Source: Lysobacterales bacterium (GTDB taxonomy: Bacteria > Pseudomonadota > Gammaproteobacteria > Xanthomonadales > BPKI01). From it: a stretch of 64,000 nt of DNA. The DNA lies in the NCBI GenBank assembly GCA_026005055.1, contig BPKI01000001.1, positions 1,604,566 to 1,668,565 on the forward strand, written 5' to 3'. Positions 43,593 to 52,900 of the stretch are shown piece after piece. The first letter of the stretch is position 1, and each line of letters begins with the position of its first letter. Made by a program: the position numbers and the translations under genes. A model generated the notes under the pieces. The model was not told the origin of the DNA. It saw only the letters and a list, made by a program, of their open reading frames with translations, and ran no database searches.

Positions 43593-45298
43593 TCCGTTTG
43601 CGCCGCCGTTCGGTGGGCTTTTTCGCGGACCCCGAGAATCGCTTGCACCCGGTCGTGCGCCGGGTGCTCGCCGCGCGGGGCCTGCGGCGGCCCGAGGAGA
43701 TCGACTACCGGCTCGCCAGCCTCCATTCGCCGGGGACGATGCCTGGTGTGGCGCTTGCCTGTGACCACCTCTTGGAGGCGATGGCGCGGGGACATCGCGT
43801 CCACGTCGTCGGCGATTTCGATGCCGACGGGGCGACCGGCGCAGCGGTGGCGACCCTGGGACTACGGGCCTTCGGCCTCGATGCTCGGGCGCACGTGCCC
43901 GACCGGATGCGTCATGGATACGGATTGCAACCTGAGTTCGTCGAGGAGCTCGCCGCAGAGGTCGGTGCGAAGCCGGGGGACGTCCTGCTGACGGTCGATC
44001 ATGGCACTTCGAGCATCGCCGGCGTCAAAAGGGCGCGCGAACGAGGCCTCACCGTCATCGTTTGCGATCACCACTTGGCGGGAAGCGAGCTTCCCGATGC
44101 GCAGGCCATCGTGAATCCGCAACTCGACGGCAGCGCTTTTCCGAGCCGCGCGCTGGCGGGCGTCGGAGTGGCTTTCTATCTGCTGCTCGCGCTGCGCGGG
44201 CGACGGAGGATGCTCGGAGCATCGCCCGAGCACGAACCGGAGCTCAAGGCTCTGCTCGATCTGGTCGCTCTCGGGACGGTCGCGGATCTGGTGCCGCTCG
44301 ATCGCAACAACCGGATCCTGGTCGCCAAAGGTCTCGAGCGCATCCGCCGAGGACGGATGCGCCCCGGACTCGCGGCCCTGTTCGAGGTCGCAGGCCGCGA
44401 TCCCGCACGCGCAAGGGCGAGCGACCTCGCCTTCGCCATCGCGCCAAGGCTCAATGCCGCCGGCCGCCTCGAGAGCATGGACACCGGCCTGCGCCTGCTC
44501 CTCACCGACGATCCCGAGCAGGCGCGCGAGCTCGCGCATCGTCTGGATGCGATCAACGAGGAGCGGCGTGCGTTGCAGCGGGAGAGCATCGATCGGGCCG
44601 AGGCCCTGCTCAAGCGCCTGTTCCTGCCCGAGAACGATCTTCCGGCCGCACTCTGCCTTCGCCAGGAAGATTGGCATCCGGGAATCGTCGGCCTCATCGC
44701 CGCCGCTCTCAAAGAGCGTCATCATCGGCCCGCGCTCGTCTTCGCGCCGGATGGCCAAGGCGCACTGCGGGGCTCGGCCCGCTCGATACAGGGGTTCCAC
44801 ATCCGCGACGCCCTGGCTGCACTCGATGCCCGAATGCCGGGGCTGATCGCGCGTTTCGGCGGGCATGCGGCAGCCGCGGGCCTCATCCTGCCTGAGAGTC
44901 ACTGGGAAACCTTCCAGAGCGCTTTCACCGAGCTCGCGGGGCAAATGCTCTCCGAGGAGCTGCTGGCGCGCGAGCTGCTCACCGACGGCGAACTCGACGC
45001 GGAGCACTTCGAGTGGGAGGTCGCGCGAGCCCTGGAAGCCTGCGGCCCCTTCGGCCAGGGTTTCCCGGAGCCCCTGTTCGAGGGCGTCTTCGAATGCGTC
45101 CGGTCATGGCCGGTCGGGAACGTGCACCGTCGTCTCCTGTTGCGGCCGGAGGGCAGCCACCGTTCCGTGACCGGTTTCGCCTTCAATCTCGGCGAGGATC
45201 CGCCCTCGCGGTTCCGCGCGGTGTTCGAGCTTGAGCCCAAGGAATCGAACGGTCGGCGGGAGGCGCGGGTGATGATCCGGCATCTCCTGCCCGTGTGA
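43589..45298 (+). CDS. recJ: Single-stranded-DNA-specific exonuclease RecJ
   Basis: 569 aa: VHVVGDFDADGATG (DHH motif I), ...TVDHG..., ...CDHH..., and GGHAAAAG in the DHHA1 domain. Confidence 0.93.
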   Translation: MIRLRRRSVGFFADPENRLHPVVRRVLAARGLRRPEEIDYRLASLHSPGTMPGVALACDHLLEAMARGHRVHVVGDFDADGATGAAVATLGLRAFGLDARAHVPDRMRHGYGLQPEFVEELAAEVGAKPGDVLLTVDHGTSSIAGVKRARERGLTVIVCDHHLAGSELPDAQAIVNPQLDGSAFPSRALAGVGVAFYLLLALRGRRRMLGASPEHEPELKALLDLVALGTVADLVPLDRNNRILVAKGLERIRRGRMRPGLAALFEVAGRDPARARASDLAFAIAPRLNAAGRLESMDTGLRLLLTDDPEQARELAHRLDAINEERRALQRESIDRAEALLKRLFLPENDLPAALCLRQEDWHPGIVGLIAAALKERHHRPALVFAPDGQGALRGSARSIQGFHIRDALAALDARMPGLIARFGGHAAAAGLILPESHWETFQSAFTELAGQMLSEELLARELLTDGELDAEHFEWEVARALEACGPFGQGFPEPLFEGVFECVRSWPVGNVHRRLLLRPEGSHRSVTGFAFNLGEDPPSRFRAVFELEPKESNGRREARVMIRHLLPV

Positions 45299-45351
45299 GC
45301 GCCTTGCTGCTGTTACACTCTCGCGCCGTTTGGCCGCTTCGCAACGACCGC

Positions 45352-46480
45352 ATGATCGAGCTCAATCCACTTCGTCACCGCATCGCCGATCTCAAGGCTC
45401 GGGTCGAGAGCCTTAGGGGGTATCTTTGACTACGCGCGCAAGCGCGAGCGTCTCGAGGAGGTCGAGCGGGAGCTTGGGGATCCGGCAGTCTGGGATCGCC
45501 CCGAGCGCGCCCAGGAACTCGGGCGCGAGCGGGCGCGCTTGGCCGAGGTGGTCGAGACCCTGGACGGACTTGAGCGTGCGCTCGCGGATGCGGGCGAGCT
45601 GATCGAGCTGGCCGCCAGCGAGAACGACGAGCGGGCGCTGTTGGGGATCGCCGAGGACCTCGAGGCCCTCGCGCGAAAGGTGCACGACCTCGAGTTTCGG
45701 CGGATGTTCTCCGGGGAAATGGATGCGGCCAATGCCTTCGTGGACATCCAGGCGGGGGCGGGCGGCACGGAAGCGCAGGATTGGGCGGAAATGCTGCTTC
45801 GCATGTATCTACGCTGGTGCGAGGGTCGCGGATGGAAGACCGAGCTGCTCGAAGTGACGCCGGGTGAAGTCGCCGGTATCAAGTCGGCGAGCTTCCGGGT
45901 CGATGCGCCTTACGCCTACGGCTGGCTCAAGACCGAGACTGGGGTGCATCGGCTGGTACGCAAGTCACCCTTCGACGCCGATCATCGTCGCCACACGAGC
46001 TTCGCCTCGGTGTTCGTGAGCCCGGAGGTGGATGAGGACATCGAGATCGAGATCAACCCTGCCGACCTGCGCATGGACGTTTACCGATCCTCCGGAGCCG
46101 GTGGGCAGCACGTCAACAAGACCGAATCGGCCGTCCGCCTCACCCACCTTCCCACCGGTATCGTGGTGGCCTGCCAGAGCGAGCGCAGCCAACATGCCAA
46201 TCGCGAGCGCGCCCTCAAGATGCTCAAGGCCAGGCTCTACGAGCTCGAACTGGCCAAACGCGAGGCGGAGAAACGCAAGCTCGAAGAGAGCAAAGCGGAC
46301 ATCGGCTGGGGTAGCCAGATCCGCAACTACGTGCTCGATCAGAGCCGGATCAAAGACCTTCGCACCGGCGTCGAGCGCAGCGATACCCAGCGCGTCCTCG
46401 ACGGAGACCTCGATGAGTTCATCGAGGCGGCCCTCAAGATGGGGCTCGAAGCAGGCGCGCGCCGACCGGACGCGGCCTAA
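45352..46480 (+). CDS. prfB: Peptide chain release factor 2, requiring a programmed +1 frameshift at codon 26
   Basis: Frame 0 runs from ATG 45352 through [25 protein letters not shown] to TGA at 45427. The +1 frame from 45428 continues [16 protein letters not shown]...[19 protein letters not shown] (GGQ motif). Confidence 0.93.
45415..45430 (+). promoter_or_regulatory. RF2 autoregulatory +1 frameshift site: AGGGGG TAT CTT TGA C
   Basis: Same sequence as I recall for the classical E. coli prfB site: an internal SD-like AGGGGG, the slippery CTT and an in-frame TGA followed by C. Confidence 0.9.
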
Positions 46481-46489
46481 GGAGGAAGC

Positions 46490-48022
46490 ATGAGCGAATC
46501 GTCGAAGACGGCGGATCCCCAATCCCTTTCGCCGCGCGAGGAGAACTTCCTCGTGGCCGAGCGGCGGGCCAAGCTCGCCCGCCTGCGTCGGCGTGGCGAG
46601 GCATTCCCCAACGATTTTCGTCGCAACGCGCGGGCCGGTGAGCTGCAAAATCAATATGCCGACCGCGAGCGCTGGGACGGGGCGGCATTGGAGGCGCTTC
46701 ACCGCAAGGTTCGGGTCGCGGGGCGTATCCGGGCCAAGCGCACGATGGGGCGGGTCGCATTCCTGCCGCTCGAGGACGAAAGCGGCCGGATTCAGCTCTT
46801 CCTCCGCGCCGACCGCACGCCGGACTACGAGGAGCTGCTCGAGCTCGTCGATGTGGGTGATCTGGTGGGGGCCGAGGGTTCGCTCACCCGGACCCGAAGC
46901 GGTGAGCTCTCGGTCGTGGTCGAGCGCCTACGAATCCTGGTCAAGGCGCTGCGGCCGCTGCCCGACAAGTGGCTGGGTCTTTCCGACATCGAGCAGCGCT
47001 ATCGCCAGCGCTACCTCGATCTCATCGTGCACCCCGAGGTGCGGGAGGTCTTTCGCCTGCGCAGCCGCTTAGTGGCGGCGATGAGGCGTTGGCTCGATGC
47101 CCGCGGTTTCATCGAGGTCGAGACGCCGATGATGCACCCGATTCCGGGCGGAGCAGCGGCGAGACCCTTCATCACCCATCACAACGCGCTCGGCATCGAT
47201 CTTTATCTCCGCATCGCCCCCGAGCTTTACCTCAAGCGCCTGGTGGTGGGCGGTTTCGAGCGCATCTACGAGATCAACCGCTGCTTCCGCAACGAGGGGG
47301 TGTCCACGAGGCACAACCCCGAGTTCACCATGCTCGAGCTCTATGAGGCCTACGCCGATTTCGAGGACATCATGGCGCTCACGGAAGCGATGATCCGCGA
47401 GCTCGCGGAGGAGCTTCTTGGCACCACCAGCCTCGTTTGGGAAGGGAAAAAGATCGATCTCGGACCTGAGTTCCGCCGCGTGCGGCTGGAGGAGCTGGTG
47501 GCGAAACATCACCCCGAGCTGCCGCGCAACCGGCTTCGCGATGAGGAGACCTTGCGCCGATACGCTTCGGCGCATGGCATCGTCCTGCCCGAGCAGGGCG
47601 GCTGGGGCAAGCTCCTGCTGGAACTTTTCGAGAAGACCATCGAGCCCGCCCTGATCCAGCCCACCTTCGTCACCCATTACCCGGCCGAGGTCTCGCCGCT
47701 GGCCCGTGCTAACGACGAAGACCGCGAGGTTACCGACCGCTTCGAGCTTTTCATCAATGGCCGGGAGATCGCCAACGGCTTCTCCGAGCTCAATGACCCG
47801 GAGGACCAGGCCGAGCGCTTCCGTGCACAGGCGCAGGCCAAGGCGGCGGGGGACGCAGAGGCCATGCCCTACGATGCCGATTACATCCGGGCTTTGGAAT
47901 ATGGCTTGCCGCCCACGGGTGGCCTCGGCGTGGGCATCGACCGGCTGACGATGTTCTTCGCCGATCGCTCCTCGATCCGCGACGTGCTGCTCTTTCCGGC
48001 GCTCCGTCCGGAAGCGGATTGA
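46490..48022 (+). CDS. lysS: Lysine--tRNA ligase (class II)
   Basis: 510 aa: ...[21 protein letters not shown]...FRNEG...GLGVGIDRL. Confidence 0.95.
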   Translation: MSESSKTADPQSLSPREENFLVAERRAKLARLRRRGEAFPNDFRRNARAGELQNQYADRERWDGAALEALHRKVRVAGRIRAKRTMGRVAFLPLEDESGRIQLFLRADRTPDYEELLELVDVGDLVGAEGSLTRTRSGELSVVVERLRILVKALRPLPDKWLGLSDIEQRYRQRYLDLIVHPEVREVFRLRSRLVAAMRRWLDARGFIEVETPMMHPIPGGAAARPFITHHNALGIDLYLRIAPELYLKRLVVGGFERIYEINRCFRNEGVSTRHNPEFTMLELYEAYADFEDIMALTEAMIRELAEELLGTTSLVWEGKKIDLGPEFRRVRLEELVAKHHPELPRNRLRDEETLRRYASAHGIVLPEQGGWGKLLLELFEKTIEPALIQPTFVTHYPAEVSPLARANDEDREVTDRFELFINGREIANGFSELNDPEDQAERFRAQAQAKAAGDAEAMPYDADYIRALEYGLPPTGGLGVGIDRLTMFFADRSSIRDVLLFPALRPEAD

Positions 48023-48100
48023 GTCCTTGACGCCGACTTCGGTCCCGGTCTGGCATAGTCTAGAAATCGTTCTTTGCTCGCGATCGAGGAGGTTTCCCCG

Positions 48101-48541
48101 ATGTCACGTCCGCTGGCCATCGCAACCGTTTCGCTATTGGCGCTGCTGCTTGCCGCCTGCGGCGCTCCCCGCAGCGGCACGGTGCGCTACTACGACCGCA
48201 ACTGTCCGACTTGCGGCACGGTGGAGAGCATCGAGTTCGTCTGGATCGAGGACGGTCCCAGCGGTGGCGGGGCGGTGCTCGGTGCCATCATCGGCGGCGT
48301 CGTCGGTAACCAGATCGGATCGGGCAGCGGTCGGCGGGCGGCGACGGCGGCGGGGGCGATCGCCGGGGCCGCGATCGGGCACGAGGCAGAACAGCGTTCG
48401 CTCGAGCGCCGCCGCGGCTACCGCTTCATCGTCCGGCTCGACGACGGGCGCTATGCCGAGGTGGTGCAATACGAGAATCCGGGGCTGCGCGTAGGCGATC
48501 GCGCCGAGATCCGGCGCAATGAACTCCACCCGTTGCGCTGA
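48101..48541 (+). CDS. Glycine-zipper 2TM outer-membrane lipoprotein (SlyB/17-kDa-antigen-like)
   Basis: Lipobox LLLAAC (start at MSRPL, 48101). Glycine zipper GAVLGAIIGGVVGNQIGSGSG...AGAIAGAAIG. Confidence 0.75.
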   Translation: MSRPLAIATVSLLALLLAACGAPRSGTVRYYDRNCPTCGTVESIEFVWIEDGPSGGGAVLGAIIGGVVGNQIGSGSGRRAATAAGAIAGAAIGHEAEQRSLERRRGYRFIVRLDDGRYAEVVQYENPGLRVGDRAEIRRNELHPLR

Positions 48542-48649
48542 GGCGGCTTCGCGGAGGATCGTCCTCGACCGAGCATGGTCGGAACCTGGGGCTGCGGGCG
48601 CCGCCCGCTAGAATGCCCGTGGAGTCGTCATCGCTGAACGAGCCTTACG

Positions 48650-49813
48650 ATGGATTTCAGTTTCACCGAAGAGCAGCTCATGATCCGCGACGTCGCCCGG
48701 CGGATCGCTCAGGAGAAGATCGCCCCAACCGCGGCGCACTACGATGAAACCGGCGAGTTTCCGAGCGAAAACATCCGCTTGCTCGGGGAAGCCGGCTTGA
48801 TGGGAATCGAGGTGCCGCAGGAATACGGCGGTGCCGGGCTCGATGCGATTTCCTATGTGCTTGCCATGATCGAGGTGGCCGCCGCCGACTGCGCCCACTC
48901 GACGATCATGTCGGTGAACAACACGCTCTACTGCAACGGGTTGCTCAAGTTCGGCACCGAGGAGCAGAAGCGCAAGTACGTGACCCCGGTTGCCAGTGGC
49001 CAGGCGATCGGCGCCTACGCCCTGACGGAGCCGCAGTCCGGATCGGATGCCTCGGCGATGCGCTGTCGCGCAGTGCGCTCGCCGGACGGCAGTCACTACA
49101 TCGTCAACGGCAAGAAGAGTTGGATCACCTCCGGGCCGGTGGCGAAGTACGTGATGCTTTTCGCGATGACCGACCCTGCGAAGGGCGCAAAGGGGATCAG
49201 CGCATTCCTCATCGATACCGAGCGGGAGGGTTTCCACCGCGGGAAGACCGAGCCCAAGCTCGGCATCCGGGCCTCCGCGACCTGCGAAATCGAGTTCACG
49301 GATTACCGGGTGCCCGTCGAGGATCGCATCGGGGAAGAAGGAGAGGGCTTCAAGGTGGCAATGAGCGTGCTCGACGCCGGTCGGATCGGCATCGCCGCGC
49401 AGGCGGTCGGCCTCGCCCGCGCCGCCTACGAGGCGGCGGTGCGCTACGTGAAGGAGCGCAAGAGCTTCGGTCAGCCGATCGGGAGCTTCCAGATGATCCA
49501 GGCCAAGATCGCGGACATGAAGTGCCGACTCGATGCGGCCGAGCTTTTGACCCTGCGCGCGGCTTGGGCCAAGCAGCAGGCAGCGAAGACCGGAGCCCGT
49601 TTCAGCACTGAGGCCTCGGTCGCGAAGCTTTTCGCCTCCGAGACGGCGATGTTCGTGACCCATCAGGCGCTCCAGATCCACGGTGGCATGGGCTATTCCA
49701 AGGAGATGCCGCTCGAGCGGTATTTCCGCGATGCGAAGATCACCGAGATCTACGAGGGTACCAGCGAGATTCAACGCATCGTCATCGCGCGCAACGAGAC
49801 CGGGCTGCGCTGA
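48650..49813 (+). CDS. Acyl-CoA dehydrogenase (short/medium-chain type)
   Basis: 387 aa: YALTEPQSGSDA...ITSG...QIHGGMGYSKEMPLERYFRDAKITEIYEGTSEIQR. Confidence 0.9.
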   Translation: MDFSFTEEQLMIRDVARRIAQEKIAPTAAHYDETGEFPSENIRLLGEAGLMGIEVPQEYGGAGLDAISYVLAMIEVAAADCAHSTIMSVNNTLYCNGLLKFGTEEQKRKYVTPVASGQAIGAYALTEPQSGSDASAMRCRAVRSPDGSHYIVNGKKSWITSGPVAKYVMLFAMTDPAKGAKGISAFLIDTEREGFHRGKTEPKLGIRASATCEIEFTDYRVPVEDRIGEEGEGFKVAMSVLDAGRIGIAAQAVGLARAAYEAAVRYVKERKSFGQPIGSFQMIQAKIADMKCRLDAAELLTLRAAWAKQQAAKTGARFSTEASVAKLFASETAMFVTHQALQIHGGMGYSKEMPLERYFRDAKITEIYEGTSEIQRIVIARNETGLR

Positions 49814-49963
49814 GCGCCGGCGAAGGAGGCGGTGCCGCGCTCCGGCCTTTTCGCGTCCAGCCCCGTCTGCGCTCCGAGTCCGCCTTTCGGAGCGGCTGCT
49901 GGCAGGGGTGCAGGCGGCCCGCTATCCTTTTCGGCTTCAACGTCGGGATTTGGCGGGGATTCC

Positions 49964-52900
49964 ATGGCTTCGATCGAGTCGCTTGGCGCCCAAGCGGTCA
50001 ATCGGGACACGTTGCTGGAGGCGATCATCAGCGTTGCCCCTCCGGCGAGACGCGATGAACTGGGTCGTTTCGCTCGCATCTTCTTGAGGCGCGTTCCGGA
50101 AGAGGATCTCGCGGGTCGCGAGGTCGGCGACTGGTCGGGGATGCTCGCCGACTGGCTCAGCTTTCTGCGGACGCGACGGGCCGAGAGCGTCAAGCTTCGC
50201 ATCTTCGAGCCGAGCCGGGAGGCCGAGGGCTGGAGCTCCGATCACAGCATCGTCCAGATCCTCAACGATGACATGCCCTTTCTCGTGGACTCGGTGAGCA
50301 TGGCGATCGCCGCGGCGGGACATGCGATCCACGCGATCTTCCACCCCGTGGTCTCGGTCGAGCGCGATCCCTCCGGCCATCTCCTCGGTTTCTCCGAATC
50401 CGGACACCGCATGCGCGAATCGCTCATCCACGTCGAGATCGACCGCATCGCGGAGGCGCAGGATGCCTTGGCGCTGAAGGCCTCGATCGAGCAGTCGCTC
50501 GCCGAGGTGCGTGCGGCCGTGAGAGACTGGCGAAAGATGCGGGAGAGAATGCTCGAGCTCGCCGCTCGGCTGGAGACGCTGCGCGCGCCGGTTGCGGCGG
50601 AAGAGCGCGAGGAGGCCCGTGCGCTCTTGCAATGGCTCGCGGAGGATCACTTCACCTTCCTCGGCTATCGCGAGTACCGGCGGGTCACGCGCGAGGACCG
50701 CGATTGGCTGGAGGCGGTGCCGGGCACGGGTCTCGGCATTCTCCGCGACGACATGCGGCCCTCGAAACCCAGGCCGCTCGACAGCCTCGCGGTGCCGAGC
50801 GGAGAGATGGAGGCGGCGGGGGACGCGCTGATCCTCACGAAGACCAACGCGCGCTCGCTGGTCCACCGACCCGGTTACATGGATTACATCGGCCTCCTCG
50901 AGTTCGACGACCGCGGCCGACCGGTCGGTGAGCGGCGCTTCGTCGGCTTGTTCACCTCCTCGGCTTACAACCGTCGGCCGTGGGAGATCCCGCTGATCCG
51001 CCGCAAGTTCGAGCAGGTCATGCAGCGCTCCGGACTCTCCCCGGAAGGCCATAGCGGAAAGGCCTTGCGCCACATCCTCGAGACCCTTCCGCGCGACGAA
51101 CTCTTTCAGGCGCCGGTGGATGAGCTCGAGCGGATCGCGATCGGGATCCTGAACCTGCAGGAGCGGCAGCGAACCCGCCTGTTCGTGCGCCGCGACCGCT
51201 ACGGTCGCTTCTTCTCCTGCCTCGTCTTCATCCCCCGTGACCGCTTCAACACGGCGACGCGGCTGCGCATCGAGGAGCTTTTGATGCGCGCCCTCGAGGG
51301 TGAGCGGTGCGATTCGCAGGTCATGGTCGGCGAATCGACCCTGGCTCGGGTCCACCTGGTGATCCGGCCGCGGGCGGGTGCGAATCCGGCATTCTCCGCG
51401 CAGCAGCTCGAGTCCGAAATCGCACGCATCGTTCGCGACTGGTTTGACGAACTGCGGGAAGCACTGGTGAGGCGCCACGGAGAAGAAAAGGGTCTGCGGC
51501 TCGCTCACCGCTACGGCCGCTCCCTACCGGCCGGTTACATCGAGCGGGTCAAGCCCGAGCTGGCCGCGATCGATGTCGAGGAGCTCTCACGCCTTCGCGA
51601 TGCCGCAGATTTGAGGGTGCAGATCTATCGGCTCGATCGCGATCCGCCTCAGGTCCTCCGCTTGAAGCTGTTCCGATGGGGCGATCCTATCGCCCTCTCG
51701 GATGCGCTTCCGCTGCTCGAGAGCCTCGGCCTGAGGGTGATCAGCGAGCATCCCTACACGGTTCAGCTCCAAAGCGGCCGCGCCGCAATCCAGGATTTCG
51801 AGCTGATGCCGGCCTCGGGGAAGTCGGTGGCGGTCGATGAGGTGCGCTCGCGCCTCATCGAAGCCTTCCTGGGGCTATGGCAGGGGACCTACGAGTGCGA
51901 CCGTTTCAACTGCCTGATCCTCGAGGCCGGGCTCGACGCGCGGCAGGTCTCGGTGCTGCGCGCGTACTGCAAGTACCTCTTGCAGCTCGGGGTGCCGTTT
52001 TCGCAGGCGTACATGGAGCAGGCCTTCGCCGCCCATCCCGAGATCGCCTTGCTCCTCGTCGAGCTCTTCGCCGCGCGATTCGACCCGCTGCGCGTGCTCG
52101 ATCCGACTGAGGCGGAGTCGGTCGCCGAGGCGGAGAAGCAGCGTTTGCTGGGACCGCTTCCGTCCTCGGCGCGGGAACGTCTAGGCGCCCTGCTCGAGGC
52201 AGTGGCCTCGCGTCGTGCCGAGCCGCGCGAAACCCAGATCGAGAGCGTCCGGCAGGCGCTGAACGCAGGATTGGACTTGGTCGACAGCCTCGACCAGGAC
52301 CGAATCTTCCGCCTGTTCATGACGCTGATCGAGGCGAGTCTTCGCACCAACGCTTATCAGCAGCGCGATGGCCGCCCCGTCGAGACCCTCGCTTTCAAGT
52401 TCGATCCGCAGCGGATCCCCGAGCTGCCGCGGCCACGCCCCTACCGCGAGATCTTCGTTTACTCGCCGCGGGTGGAAGGCGTTCACCTCCGTTTCGGCCC
52501 GGTGGCGCGCGGCGGGCTGCGCTGGTCGGACCGGCGCGAGGATTTCCGTACCGAGGTGCTCGGTCTGGTCAAGGCGCAGATGGTCAAGAACACGATCATC
52601 GTGCCGGTGGGTGCGAAGGGCGGTTTCTACGTGAAGAACCCGCCGCCGGGCGGAGATCGCGACGCCGTGCTCGCGGAAGGCGTGGCGTGCTACCGCTTGT
52701 TCATCAACGCCTTGCTCGACCTCACGGACAACCGCGTCGATGGACAGATCGTCCCGCCGCCGGACACCGTTCGTCATGACGGCGATGATCCCTACCTGGT
52801 GGTGGCCGCGGACAAAGGCACGGCCACCTTCTCCGACATCGCCAACGCCGTCGCCCTCGAGCGCGGATTCTGGCTGGGGGATGCCTTCGCCTCGGGCGGG

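Noticed and set aside
48027-48060. A possible sigma-70 promoter TTGACG ... CATAGT upstream of the glycine-zipper lipoprotein, and a TAGAAT box at about 48610 upstream of the acyl-CoA dehydrogenase gene.
   Set aside because: The spacer between the -35 and -10 candidates is about 21 nt for the first, and no credible -35 exists for the second. Both are too weak to report as features.
49832-49963. A 44-codon N-terminal extension of the NAD-GDH ORF. Similar upstream extensions occur on carB, recJ, hrcA, recN, fur, DUF190, crcB and mtnA.
   Set aside because: The extensions overlap upstream genes or spacers and are low-complexity. Internal ATGs coincide with the conserved N-termini of the respective families.
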